A stretch of DNA of 64,000 bases from the human T2T-CHM13v2.0 reference genome, Homo sapiens (GCF_009914755.1 NC_060943.1); one strand, 5' to 3'; counted from the first letter of the stretch, positions 20,022 to 35,809 are shown. Program-made: numbers and translations. Notes: generated by a model from the letters alone, not told the origin.

Positions 20022-20598
20022 TTTTTTTTTTTTGAGACAGAGTCTCGCTCTGTCGCCCAGGCTGAAGTGCAGTGGCACGATCTTGGCTTACTGCAAGCTC
20101 TGCCTCCTGGGTTCACGCCATTCTCCCACCTCAGCCTCCTGAGTAGCTGGGACTACATGCACCTGCCACCACGCCTGGCTAATTTTGTTTTTGTATTTTT
20201 AGTAGAGACGGGTTTCACCATGTTAGCCAGGATGGTCTCAATCTCCTGACCTCGTGATCCGCCCACCTTGTCCTCCCAAAGTGCCGTGCCCATTGTTTTG
20301 GTTTTTTTGTTTTGTTTTGTTTTGTTTTTGAGATGAGTCTCGCAGATTGCTCTGCGAGTGGCGCAATCTCGGCTCACTGCCACCTCTGCCTCCTGGGTTC
20401 AAGCGATTCTTCTGCCTTGGCCTCCCGAGTAGCTGGGATTACAGTGCCCGCCATCACGCCCAGCTAATTTTTGTATTTTTAGTACAGACAGCGTTTCACC
20501 ACGTTGGCCAGGAAGGTCTCCATCTCTTGACCTCGTCATCTGCCCACCTTAGCCTCCCAAAGTGCTGGGATTACACGCGTGAGCCACCACGCCCAGCC
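20022..20598 (-). mobile_element. Two reverse Alus
   Basis: Flanking TSD attttccaacttt. Confidence 0.85.
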
Positions 20599-20688
20599 AG
20601 ATTTTCCAACTTTCATTAATGACATATAGTTTCCACCCTCTGCAGTCTTCTAACCCCTACTAGTTCCTAGCATAAGAATCTGTTTTTA

Positions 20689-21241
<553 letters not shown>

Positions 21242-22145
21242 TCATAAACCCCACCACCCTCCTCCAGGGTGAAGACAGCCAAGCCCCTCTTTGGCCCAGA
21301 CCTGGTCCTGGGCCTCTTTGCTCTCTGCCCATACACAGCCCCTTCACCCCCACCTGCAACACAGCATGTCATCCATTCAATCAAAAAAACACCTACTCTG
21401 GCTTCCATGCTAGGCACTGGAGCAACACTGGAAAATGAGACAGAATTTGCTCATTCTCTTGCCTTATGTTCTCCATGCCGCACAACACACTTCCCTACTG
21501 CTCCCTGCTCCCTGACAATCTTGGCAGCACCGCTGTCCTCCCAGTTCCCCAAGTCAGAAACCAGAGTCACCCCAGGCTTCTGATCACTCCCACATGCCAG
21601 CCCCCGGCTCCCTTCCTTCAACTGCTCTTCTCCCCTTCACTCCCAAGGTGGGGTCTCCTCTTGTCTGGAGACTGCAGGAGCTCCTCCTTGGCCCCCACCA
21701 CCCCACCCAGGTGCAGGCCTGAAGTCTCTAGTTCAACACCAACTCTAACCTGTTAATCCCACACTTGAAACTTAACTGCCTACAGGAACAAGCCCAGGCC
21801 TCTCAGTGCAGCTCTCCTGAGCCTCAAGCCCAACCCCCTCCTCCAGCAACACTTGCACTGTATCATCTCCATTTGGTTTCTGAACCTAATCTGGCGCTGG
21901 CCCCTATGAACATGGAGGTCCCCATATCCCACAGAATATATCACCTTCTCCCAGGCAGAGTCCCCATCTCTCACCCCTCTCTCTGTAGCTGTGCTGCCTG
22001 CACTGAGCTGGAAATGTCCATATCCACCTCCTCCTGCCTCCACTGCAGTCCCTCACGGGCTGGCAGAGGTTCCAACTGCACAACCTCCCCAGAGGCCTCA
22101 CTCAATCTACCCACAGGACAGAGGGAGAGCACTGTGGCCACTCAC

Positions 22146-22276
22146 CCTGCGGTTCCGGTTGTGATCCATGGTCTTCAGATGCTTCTGGATGATCCCAAAC
22201 TGCATGGGAATGAAGAGGTCGCAGGCTGCACAATGGGCTGCCTCCACCTTCTTCACAAAATGCTCCATGGCAATTT
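22146..22276 (-). CDS. AKAP8L: AKAP8L exon 12, zinc finger 2 (CAAC...HLKTMDH)
   Basis: tacag| and |gtgagt, 131 nt. Confidence 0.96.
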
Positions 22277-22515
22277 CTGTAGTGGGGAGGAGGGAGTCAC
22301 CACTGGGCCCAGGTACCTAAGATAGACCCAGGTGTTCGAGAAAAAAACCACACCAGCTCCTCCTCAACTCGCCCTGCCACTTCCACCTGGGCCTGAGCCA
22401 AGGCTGGTCTCCTGACCTTCCCTGGGGGAACAGAAGGGTGTCCTGACCCTGCACCGAAAATCAGGAGTGCAGGCTGAGGCCTTGCCTGGTGGGAGTGGGC
22501 TGAAAATCTCCTCAC

Positions 22516-22621
22516 CCTGGGTCAGATCCTGGTCTCTGTAGATTTGCTGGATGAGGCCATCAAGGTCCTCCACGGTTTTTCGGAGCTCCTCTGTCTTCTT
22601 GGTCTTGTTAGTGACGTACTC
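22516..22621 (-). CDS. AKAP8L: AKAP8L exon 11 (EYVTNK...DLTQ)
   Basis: tgcag| and |gtgagg, 106 nt. Confidence 0.96.
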
Positions 22622-22709
22622 CTGCAAGGAATATAAAGGTTCATGTGGGCCGCCTTATGTTCTCAGGGGTCCAAGAAACTAAGAGCGGCTGTGTTACTCC
22701 AAGGCTCAC

Positions 22710-22851
22710 CTGCAGAAAGTCAGCCGTCTGCTTAGGGAGCTTGGTGCCTACGTACTTAAAGTGTTCCTTGTGGAACTTGCTGTCAAGATGGCTGGCCATC
22801 TCGTCCTCATAGAAGGTCCGGTATTTGCACAGAGAACACACAAACTGGATC
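22710..22851 (-). CDS. AKAP8L: AKAP8L exon 10, zinc finger 1 (CSLC...HLDSKFH)
   Basis: ggcag| and |gtgagc, 142 nt. Confidence 0.96.
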
Positions 22852-24297
22852 CTGCCACAGGAAGGAAACGAGGGGCTGAGGCTGCAAGTGTCCCAGGGGA
22901 TAGTGCTGCCGCCTCACCCAACCCAGACACAAGCCCTGAAACAGGCCTTGCTCACGGGCCTCTGAAGTACGGTCCCAGCAGAGGGACAGGCTGGGACCAG
23001 TGGGGTCGGGAGTAGAAAGGGCCAGAAAGTCTGCAGGCTGCAGTTACTGCAACGTAGGGGACAGGGGAGGAGCTCTTCCTTCCCACAGGCAGGAGGCTGA
23101 AGCCTGAGACAGCAGCTGCTGCAACAGGCAACGAGTCGCTGGAAAGTTGCTGGAGGGCCTCGCTACCAAGGCTGGGCAGGAGCGTGTGCACTTGGCCCAG
23201 GTGGGGACCGGAAGGAAGGATGCCCTGGCGTGAGCCAGGTGGCCCTGAGGTGCAGAGTGGAGTACGCAGTCCCGAGGCAGGGCCCGAAAAGGTGCTGCAT
23301 CTTCCTTCTGGGATCTGGGGGACTCAAAGGCCCAGCCCATCCTCTGCTCAGAATGCTTGGGGGTGGTGTCGGGAGGGATGGGAGGCAGCAGGCCTGGGCA
23401 CCTGCTGCCTCATCTTCCTCTTCCAAGAAGAGACCAGTCTGAGCTGGAAGGAGGGCGCCCGCTCGGCCTGCCAGAGGGCAGCCTGGAGTCACCTGGGCGA
23501 GGTGCTCTGTCTGGGCCTGGTGTCCACAGTAGAAGCCCGGGGTCTGGGGCCTGGGCCGGAGCAGGCCGCCGTGGCAAGGGGCGGAGGAGGCCAGCCGCCA
23601 CCGAGACCTCGGGGCGGGTCCCTACCTCTGCCGGACGTCCTTATCTGGGCCACGGGGTCAGCTTTGTCTGGAGAGCCCAGGGGCCGGGCGCCGGCGAGGC
23701 TGAGGAAGGTCCAGCAAGAGCAAGAGTCTGAGGCGGAGGAGGCAAGCGCCAGTGCGGGAGCCCTGAGGGCAGACAGACCCGACCAAGGGGCGTGAAGGGC
23801 TCAGCCGCAGACAGGCCCGGCCTGACAGGGCCGGCGGGCAGGGCAGAAGGCAGGCCCGAGGCTGCCACAGCCCACAGGTGCTGCCATCTCTCCTGGGCAC
23901 GGCGGTGGCCTCTTGGCAGCTAGCTGGGGCGGCACAGGCGCCTTGGACCTTGAGTCTCTGATGAGCTGGCCCCCTCCCTCAGGGGCATCAGGCCCCCAGT
24001 GCACCTTGGGGTTCGTGCGCCGAGTGACCTAGCGCCAGAGCTTCTGAGCAACGGTGCCGAGCGGTGTCAGGTCTCGGCCCACAGACGCCAGCGGTCGCCA
24101 GGCGGCCGCAGAGGGGCAGGGGATGAGTCAGGCCTTGGGAGCTGGGCCTGGCGGGAAGCAGGGTCCATGCACGGCCGAGCAGGTGGCGGCTCCCAAGGGA
24201 GGCCAGAGGGCGGCGAGCTGGCAGAGCTATGGCCCTGCTCTCCTGGCGGCAGCCCCACAGCGAGGCAGAGGCAGAGGGGTGGAGGGAAGCTGGTTAC

Positions 24298-24406
24298 CTT
24301 TCCACCATGCGGTCTCGCTGCCGCTTTTTCTGCTTGTCCTGACTCTTCTTGCCTGCCTGCAACTTGCGCTTGGTCTGGCCATTTTCATCCTGGGTGGTTA
24401 GGGCCC
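24298..24406 (-). CDS. AKAP8L: AKAP8L exon 9 (ALTTQDE...RMVER)
   Basis: cacag| and |gtaacc, 109 nt. Confidence 0.95.
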
Positions 24407-25290
24407 CTGTGGGAGCAGATGGGCACTGTCACCAATTTGGCTCTGCCAGGACAGGGCAGGCCCTGCGGCCTCTGGCTGAATCACCCACTGTCCACTCCAG
24501 AGGGTCCATCGAGAATAGCTGTCCAAGCAAGGCCTCTGGCCATGAGCAGGGCTGGGTATCCTGGGCTGTGCAGGGAGTGGGTTTGGCCTAGGCCCCAAGG
24601 AGTGGGGGCCAGGCGATGACCCCTCCACTCTCCAGGACACCCATGCTCTCTGTGCAGTGGGCCAGGAGGAGGCTGGAAAGCAAAGAGGGGGTATCTTTGT
24701 GGGGACACTGGCACATGTTCAGAGGGGCCAGGTGGTGGGATGCAGGGAGGCTGCTCACATGGCCCTGCCCACCCCCAACCGGGCACCGCGGCAACAGTGG
24801 GCTGACGCTGGATTTGCTGTTAGGTACCTGCTGGCGCTCATCACTCAGGTGGGGGGACACGGAATCCCAACAGGGGCTGGAGAGGTGCTAAGGGAGAGGA
24901 TACGCACACCAGAGCCGTAAAAACTGCACCGAGGGTCCCAGATCGGACACCAGCCACTGAGGACTTGGAACTGCGCGTTACTGAGGGACCGAGGGCAGGG
25001 GGCGTGCCTGGGGTTCCCCACACTTTTACTAGCTGCCCCCATCTGAAGGCAAAACCAGTGTGCTAGGCAGGGGTCACCACCATCCACAGCCTCCGCCTGG
25101 GAAGGAGGAGGAAGAGTGGGAAGGGGGTGGAGGCGGCGAAAAGAAAGCCCCCTGCCAGCACACACTCGGGCCCACAAGGGAGGTCCCCAACTGGCCGCAT
25201 GTCTGCCGCAACCCTGCCCTCAGCTGGGTCCCTCCCACTGTGAGCCCCTGGAAGAGCCGCCCTAGCACCAGGCACCCCAGGAAAACTCAC

Positions 25291-25354
25291 CCTTCTCTGG
25301 ATCCTCTTTGCCTTCTTCTCTCCCATCCTCTTTTCCCTCCTCATCCTCTCCGTC
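25291..25354 (-). CDS. AKAP8L: AKAP8L exon 8 (DGEDEEG...PEKG)
   Basis: gttag| and |gtgagt, 64 nt. Confidence 0.95.
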
Positions 25355-25390
25355 CTAACAATTTCAAATTCCAACTTTAAAACAGGTGCC

Positions 25391-25510
25391 TTTTTTTTTT
25401 TTTTTAAAAGAAACCAAGTTTATTAGAGCAACGGTATATAGTAAAACAGCTGCTTGCTCCATAGACAGAGCAGGGCTATCCTATAGGCAGGGTGGCCCAG
25501 AGTAGCCCAG
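25391..25510 (-). mobile_element. Short ERV1 (MER41/MER4-group-like) LTR R-region fragment ending in AATAAA plus A15
   Basis: Minus strand: ctgcctataggatagccctgctctgtctatggagc...AATAAActtgg...A15. Confidence 0.5.
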
Positions 25511-25789
25511 TTATTTACAATGGCTTTAAATGACAAGGCCCGGCTATGTGCCAGAAACCTCACATCCTCCCACTACCTGGTGCACAGGGGCTCATCCCAT
25601 TTTCCAACAAGGAAACTGTGCCTCCAGCTAGGCAGCCTGTGCTTTCTGCCAGACCACACTGCCTCCCCATGCTGGTCACCATGCACGCAGAGCTGACACA
25701 GCATTGCCTCTGGCCCCCAGGGAGAGCACCACTCTTTAGGCCAGCTCGCCCTGCCTGCAGACAGAAAATGCCCAGCCAGAGCCACTTAC

Positions 25790-25860
25790 CACTCTGGAGC
25801 CCTTCTCCACAGCCTCGGTGCCTTCAAGGCCCTCTGTGGCTTCCCCCTCGGTGCCCTCAT
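25790..25860 (-). CDS. AKAP8L: AKAP8L exon 7 (DEGTEG...GSRV)
   Basis: ttcag| and |gtaagt, 71 nt. Confidence 0.95.
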
Positions 25861-25942
25861 CTGAAAGGGAAAAGGAGGTAAGCTCAACCCAGGAGTTCCC
25901 AGAGGCAGGGGGCAGCCGCCCAGTACCACCTAGTGGGCTCAC

Positions 25943-26039
25943 CATTGTCTGAGTCGCTGTTGTCCGAGCAGTCCGTGCGGGTGGCTTTGCTATCTGGCTC
26001 ATCAGGACTGCCGCCCTGCTTTCTCTTCTTCTTCTTGGT
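25943..26039 (-). CDS. AKAP8L: AKAP8L exon 6 (TKKKKRKQ NLS...SDN)
   Basis: cccag| and |gtgagc, 97 nt. Confidence 0.95.
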
Positions 26040-26145
26040 CTGGGTCATAAGGGGGGGAAGCCGTGTCAGGGTGCATGGCACCCGGCCCTTAGCTCCGCCC
26101 CAGTGGGAACTAAGCTTCCCAGAGGGGAAGGCTGCCTCCACTCAC

Positions 26146-26599
26146 TCGGAAGTCGGCTGTGGTCCAGGTCTTCCAGGTCCGCCTCATCTGCTTCATGCCA
26201 TTGCCAAACCCGAAACCAAAGCGGGAGCCGCCCGGGAAGGCGCCCCCACCTCGCATGCCCTGGAACATGCCGTACTCGGGGATGATGTTCTGGGAGAAGA
26301 GGGAGGGCAGCCGAGAGGCACCAGACATGCACTGGCCCCGGGCCCCCATGGGGTCTTCCCACATGCGCCCATAGCCTGAGGCCATTGGCCGGCCGCTCCG
26401 GGCATCCCGGGCCCAGCCCTGTGCCCTGGGACCGAAGGTGTCGTTGCCACGCATGCGGAACTGGTCGCGGTAGGCATCGTATTGGCCCTCATAGGCCATT
26501 TCCATCTCAGGGTCAAGCTCGCTGTAGTCATAGCCTGACCGGTACAGGTCGCGCTCACTCAGGACGGCCCTCGAGTCGCAGGACTCATAAGAGTCATAC
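26146..26599 (-). CDS. AKAP8L: AKAP8L exon 5 (YDSYES...FGFGFG...ADFR)
   Basis: tgcag| and |gtgagt, 454 nt; matches ORF 26110..26721. Confidence 0.96.
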
Positions 26600-28470
26600 C
26601 TGCAGAGGCATGGGGTGAGCATCAGGTGGAGCCCCTCAGGATCCCTCACCTCCAGGCAACTGCTCCTGCCCTCCCCAATCTCCCAGTCCAGCACCCACCC
26701 TGCCCTGGTTGGGAGGCTCAATGTTCAGAAATGCCGATTAAAGAGTTCCAGCCTCTCAGCTGATATAGGGGCACCACTGCCCCAAACTTGAATGTAGCCA
26801 CACACTGGCTTGGGGACCCTAAGAAGGACTGAAGGACTGATAACTGGGGTGGAGGCTCTAGTCCAGTGAGTCTCAACAAGGGGCAGAGCTGCTCCACAGC
26901 CCTTTGGGAACATGTGCACCATCTGTGGGAGCTGCAACGCCCAAGGCTGCTCCTCACAGGGCAAGGCTGAGCACCCCAGCACCCTGCAGGATGCAGGCAG
27001 GTCCAGCACAATGAATGCGCAGCCAGTGTGGCTGATGATACCCATGGGAAACACTGTTCTTGTCCCTCATGGCTGGGGAACCTTCAAACTCTGCAAAGTC
27101 CCTCATTACCAAAACAACTGAGACAAAAGGGGGAGTATTTCCCAGGGAAGACACTGAGAGCTTGCCCAGGGACAAGAAAAAGAGCTGTATTACATCAACC
27201 CTGGAGCCCAGAGCCAGACACCAAACTCTATATACCCTATATTGCAACTGGGAAGGCAGGCCAGACCTCCTCCCAGGACACAGAGGGCACCGCAGAGAGC
27301 TCTTTTAACCGTGACTGCAGCCCGCAGCCCACACCCCTACAGGCCTGGACCCCACACACCTCACAGGCACAGGGGCTCCCCTTGCACACTCTTCCCTAAA
27401 CCTGGGCCACCAAGAGGCACCGGCAGCTCTAAGAGCAGCAGTTGGTGCTGCCGCTGCTCTGCTTACCCCGATCCCAGGCTCCAGGCTGTGGTAAGAAGGT
27501 GCATAGCAGCAACGCAAGGCCAAGCCTCACATGCCAAGCCCTCAGCTCTGAGTGCTGCAGCTGTTGGGCCAGGAGTTACAGAGCCCATGGCATCAAATCC
27601 CCTTGTGCCTGTTCCACACCCTGCCACCACAGCCCTGGGGCCTCCCTTGGCCCTATCAGTGCTCAGCCAGGCAACTCCTTACTCTTGGCTCTCACTCATC
27701 TGTTAGCTGGTGCTCCACTCTATCCCATGTTAGAGATACACCCACGCTCCTCACCAAAGCCTCGCACTGGGCATAAGCACTCCTGGGCCAAGTCCAGTTC
27801 AGTTAATAACAAATGCCCACAGCATGATGCTTTGGAGTAGGGCAGATCTGGTAGGCGAGGCCCAGCCCCACCAAGTACTTGCTGCGTGCCTTCAGGGTAT
27901 GACCTGCCTGCACTTCTGTATCCCCACCTGCAAAATGAGGACAGCAGCAGTTCCTCACAGGAGTGCTTCCATCAGGTACATGTTTGTAAGGCACAGGAGA
28001 GTAACCAGGAAATGCCCACACCTGCCCCGACCCTTACGTGGGGGTGGCCCAGCTCGCAGTGATCAGCCCCAAACGCTCGTCCCACCCTTCACACCAAACT
28101 CCATCTGTCCTGCCCTGACACCACGCAGGAGGCAAAGTCTCGAGAGAATTCCAAATGGCTGTCCTTGGAGGGAGGGGTGGCTGAACACTCTGTTTTTGAG
28201 GGCACAGTGAAGTCTGCCCAGTCTGGGCTTGTTCCTCTCACCGCAAGCTGGGAAAGGCTGACCACCAGGCAGTGCGGCAGGGGTTGAGGGTGGGTGAGAG
28301 GAGACACAAGTCAGAGACGGGAAGTGCAACGGACCCTGCTGGGAGCCACAGCAGCACCAAGCAGCGGGGAGGAAGCAGACACAGAGGGGCACTCAGAGAG
28401 GAAAACGCAGTGGGCAGCAGGCAGGAGCCGCCCCTGCAGAGTCTCAACCCCTAGGCAGGTGTCCACTCAC

Positions 28471-28711
28471 CTTTCTCCACCTGAGCCGTACACGCCTCCT
28501 TGCATCATGTCTGTCTCCAAATGCGGCACCATATCTAAGCGCTGGTTAATTCTGGATAAAACGGAATCGGCACTGGCGCTACCCGAGGCACTAGTGTTTG
28601 CATTTGTGTCAGAGCTAGGCATTTCCCAAGAGTGTGAAGTGGCCATACCATACCCATAGTTGGTGGTGTTATCCTGGCCATAGCCATAGCCATAGCCATA
28701 GCCCTCGTAGC
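28471..28711 (-). CDS. AKAP8L: AKAP8L exon 4 (GYEGYGYGYGYG...GGER)
   Basis: tgcag| and |gtgagt, 241 nt; (TATGGC)4 encodes YG repeats at 28677-28703. Confidence 0.96.
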
Positions 28712-29005
28712 CTGCAGTGAGGGAGACAGAGACAGACAGATGGTGGGGGCAGGCAGAGGGGAGGCAGACAGAGACAGAGACAAACACAGATACAAGGGTA
28801 TCTTCTGTCACAGAGAGAGAAGACCCTAGCCACTGAAGCTAGATAGGCCCTGGTCATTCTGATGAGGGCCTCCTGTTAAGGAGTAGGTAACCCCAGAAAC
28901 ATGCCCCCTCCCCACTCCCAACCTTGGCCAAGCAGGGCAGTGGCAGAGAAACACAGCCAGGACAACCCCAAGGGACAGGACAGCAATCACAGGAATGACA
29001 CTTGC

Positions 29006-29038
29006 CTCTATTTGTCCCAGAGTTCCAAGTTCCATATC
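29006..29038 (-). CDS. AKAP8L: AKAP8L exon 3 (GYGTWNSGTNRG), GC donor
   Basis: ttgtag| acceptor; AG|GCAAGT donor; 33 nt; needed to give the 646-aa protein. Confidence 0.92.
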
Positions 29039-30247
29039 CTACAAAAAGTAAAAGGGCAGTTACATCTATACTTGCTTACAATACAAGGCCATAATTCAGG
29101 CGCAGACAATTATTCCCAGGACCTGACTGGTCAGAGCAGGCTGCACCTCCCCTAACCGAGAAGCCTTGAGCTCGCGAGCACTGCGCAAATGACCCAGGCC
29201 ACTTGCTGCCCTGGTGCCTGGCTGCCTGTGGCTCTGAGCATCTGTTATTTAAGGATCCTTCTGTTCCCAACACTCTCAACTAAGGAACTTGGCTCCTATA
29301 CTCCTCCCTTTAAGAGCCAGAATTAGAAGGTGACCTCCACACCCCAAGCTAAGTGCTAATCAGTTTATAGCAGAAAACCCAACCCCAGTCTCCCAAGAGT
29401 CTGCCTTAAAAGGGAGGGCCAACAAGCCCTTGAATTGTTGACTGTGCTGTGCTGGAACACATCAGTGAGAGAAGCCCAAGAAGCAACCCCTCGCTTGAGA
29501 AAAGCTGTGGAGAGAACAATCTGGATTATCAACTTAATATGCTCTGGATTCAATCACAACACATGATAAAACCTCATTCCTTCAGTAACATAAAGCCACT
29601 GAGAAGTGACAAAGTGTAAAGTCCCCTGGGAACTCTGAGTCAAACACACAGTTCCTCCCCAAAGGAGGGCACAGAGCAGGTGACCCCTTTCCCTGGGTCT
29701 CTGGTGAGACCCAACAGTTGTTTCCCATTCCATGTCATCTCTGCCCCGCAGAGGACATGCTCATCCCAGGGCAGGGGACCGAAGCTCAGTGAGACAGACA
29801 GCAGGGCAATAAGTGGCAGAAGCCAGACCACAGCAGGAAGAGTGTAAGTCAACTGAAAAGATGAGCCAGAGAGAACAGGCAGGCTGTCGTCCTGCACTTG
29901 GGTTCCTCCACGACCCAGTGCACAAAAAGAATGGGAAGAAATCAGAGAGAAGCTGAGGAACTGCTGATGACCACTATGTTTAACAAGAGAGCTCACAAAA
30001 CAAAAACTCTTGGGCTGGAGAAACCAAAACAGGCTTCTCATCCATTTGTTTATGTATCCCCTGAGCACAGGGAACAGAGGCTTGCAGTCCCAGGCACTGC
30101 TCAGGCATGGAGATCTGCCTGTTGGTAAGAGAGATGCTAACAGCCAGAGAGCAGCATGGGTAAGTCAGGAGTGGTAGCTGAGGAAAGAATGGAGCCATTC
30201 TAAGAGGCTAGAGAGGCTGGCAGAGCCACATAAAGAAAAACACACAA

Positions 30248-30948
<701 letters not shown>

Positions 30949-31356
30949 TAGGATATGGAGGCAAAAGCAGATCCATCAGGGCTCTGCTTGGGAGGCTACA
31001 ATGTGGTCACTGCAAGCTTCACCTGCTGAGGATCTGCCACAACAGAGTGAGGAGGCACAACGAAAGGAAGCAGCATCAACTCCGTGAACACCACTTTACG
31101 TTTTAAGGACAAGCAGGGCCTCCCACGATGGGCAACTCTCAGGAGTCCCTCCAGGCAAACACTCACTACATGCCACTTGCTATGCCTGGAGCAACCCAGA
31201 CTCCTTGATGGACATCCCAGCTGGGTCCCTTCAGGAGGAAGCCTTCATCTAGACTGGCGTTTAGGGACTCCCCAAGACCTGCCCTTTCTGAAAGAACACC
31301 CCAACTCATTTCCATCCCCAGAAGGGATGAGATCATGGTTGACAAAAGAAATTTTA

Positions 31357-31358
<2 letters not shown>

Positions 31359-31400
<42 letters not shown>
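31359..31400. repeat. (GA)n microsatellite, ~21 units, followed by TA-rich low-complexity sequence
   Basis: Direct reading. Confidence 0.95.
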
Positions 31401-31403
<3 letters not shown>

Positions 31404-31474
31404 TTAAAATTTATATATTTATTATTATTAAATATATACATATATATGTAAAAATAAGATATATGTACATATAT

Positions 31475-32270
31475 ATTTTTGAGATAGAGTCTTGCTCTGT
31501 CCTCCAGGCTGGAGTGTAATGGTGTGATCACAGCTCACTGCATCCTCGACTTCTTGGGTTCAAGTGACTCTTCTGCCTCAGCCTCCGGAGTGGCTGGGAC
31601 AACAGGCATGTGCCACCATGCCCAGCTAATTTTTTCTATTTTTGTAGAGATAGGGTTTTACTATGTTGCCCAGGCTGGTCTCAAACTCCTGGGGGCTCAA
31701 GCCTCCCATCTCAGCCTCTCAGAGTGCTGAGATTATAGGCATGAGCCACTGCACCTGGCCCCAAGGACATAATTTTTAAAAGAAAAAAGGACATGGTCAC
31801 AGTATGTGATATTTATGGACCAAAAATAGAAAACAATTTAACACTCAACTTTAACGTAATAGTTAATCAGATTACACCTCCCTACTCGGTGACATATCAT
31901 GTAAGCATATAAAAAGAATTTACTATGCCTTATGTGGCACAAGGAAATGCTTCTAACATAAAATAAAGCAGGACCAGCCAGGCGCAGTGGCTCACACCTG
32001 TAATCCTTTTGGGAAGTGGGGCAGGCAGATCGCTTGAGCCCAGGAGTTTGAGACCAGCCTGGGCAACATAGCAAAACCCCATCTCTAGAAAAAATACAAA
32101 AAATAGCTGGGCATGGTAGGGCATGCCTGTAGTCCCAATTATGCAGGAGGCTGAGGTGGGAGGGCTATCTGTGCCCAGGAGGTGGAGGTTGCAGTGAGCT
32201 GAAATTGTGCCACTGTGCTCCAGCCTGGGGGACAGAGTGAGATCATATCTTAAAAAAATAAAATAAAATA
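31475..32270. mobile_element. AluJ (-) 31475-31760 and AluJ (+) 31977-32270
   Basis: Alu consensus. Confidence 0.85.
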
Positions 32271-32464
32271 AGAGCAGTACCCACAATTCTATCCACCTAT
32301 AAATTATTAAACTACACAAAATCAGTAAGCTGATAAAAATTAAACATTAATATGGTAGGATCTTGGTTGACTGTTTTTCAAAATGTTATTTAAATGTTAT
32401 ATTGTTCTTGCAATTCAAGCCAGAAGGAAAAATAAATCCATCTCTATTCTTTCACAATTGTGTA

Positions 32465-34270
<1,806 letters not shown>

Positions 34271-34911
34271 ATCCAGAGGGAAAATAATTCAAAAGGATGT
34301 GCAATTAGGGACTACATTTGATGAAAAGGGAGAGGCAGGGAGGGCAGCACAGGGAAGTCAAGCAAACCAAGTTTCTCCTCATTTATGAGACACCTGATAC
34401 CTTCTCACTCAATTTCAAAATATTTTAAGTCTTCCCTTTTCCTGGGACTAGCTGCTGTTACTTGGGGAGCTTACTTAAGTCTCTTTATGCAGTGACCCCT
34501 GAAGGCATGTTAGCTGTGTAGGATCAGTCTTTCCCCAGATCTTGGTAGTAAAAGAAATTACCCATCTCAGTAACTAAGACATTATCCCTGTTAATTCCAA
34601 AGAGGGCTCCTTCTCAACAGATACCCCTAGAGTCACAGACAACCAAAAACCAGCTTTAACAGCAGTCCGGGCTGCCACAGCACACAAACAAAACAGCATC
34701 TGTGAATCCTACTGGTAGCTACTTCTGAATTAGCTAATTAGGTGTTTCTGTCCACGCTGGAAAACTCAATCAGAGATCTTCACTCAACTCTGTGTGTGTG
34801 GAGCCTGCTGGCTTGAGGTGGCCTGGCTGAGTCTCCAAAAGCTGCCAGATTCACACACTCAGCCTCTCTCCCACAGCAAGGACATGCACTATGCTGGGAC
34901 TAAGTTAATAG

Positions 34912-35234
<323 letters not shown>

Positions 35235-35511
35235 TCCTTTGGACTTTAATTGGCCACTGTGACTCCCAGTCCCTCCCCCATGGGGATTTGAAGCCAGGCC
35301 TTTTATCAAAGAGCCTAACTTGCTCAGGAACACAGCTACTTTTCCCATAATTGCCCGAAAGGGAAGCACTAGCTATTCAAATGGCCACACCATTTCACAC
35401 AAGTTTAGGTTTAAAAAAGCATGACAGGGTGACAGCAAAGCCAAAGGCAACTAAGAAGACAAGGAACTGCTCTGCAGAACACTTTGGTTCCCACCAGAAG
35501 TCCACACTTAC

Positions 35512-35586
35512 CATAATCACAGGTGGGCTGAGCGCTGGTATCCGAGTATGTCGACTGCAAAGTGGTTTCAGATCCCTGGACAAAGC
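35512..35586 (-). CDS. AKAP8L: AKAP8L exon 2 (GFVQGSE...CDYG)
   Basis: tttag| and |gtaagt, 75 nt. Confidence 0.95.
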
Positions 35587-35809
35587 CTAAACATAAAGAC
35601 AGTGGGGTTAATTTCCACAAGCAAGTCACAGGGAAATGACCTGAGACTACCTAACCTTTGGTATAGGATTGCCAGCAGGCCCTTCTCTCAACGAAAAGCC
35701 ACCAAAACCTCTAGATTCCACAGTTTAATTAGACCGTCAGAAAATATTACCCAATGGAAAGGCAGGCTATGTTTAACTTGCTATACCAGGAGGACTAGAT
35801 TAAAAAATT

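Noticed and set aside
23184-24619. Two ~200-aa plus-strand ORFs in AKAP8L introns
   Set aside because: GTG starts, low complexity, no homology I recognise; composition explains their length.
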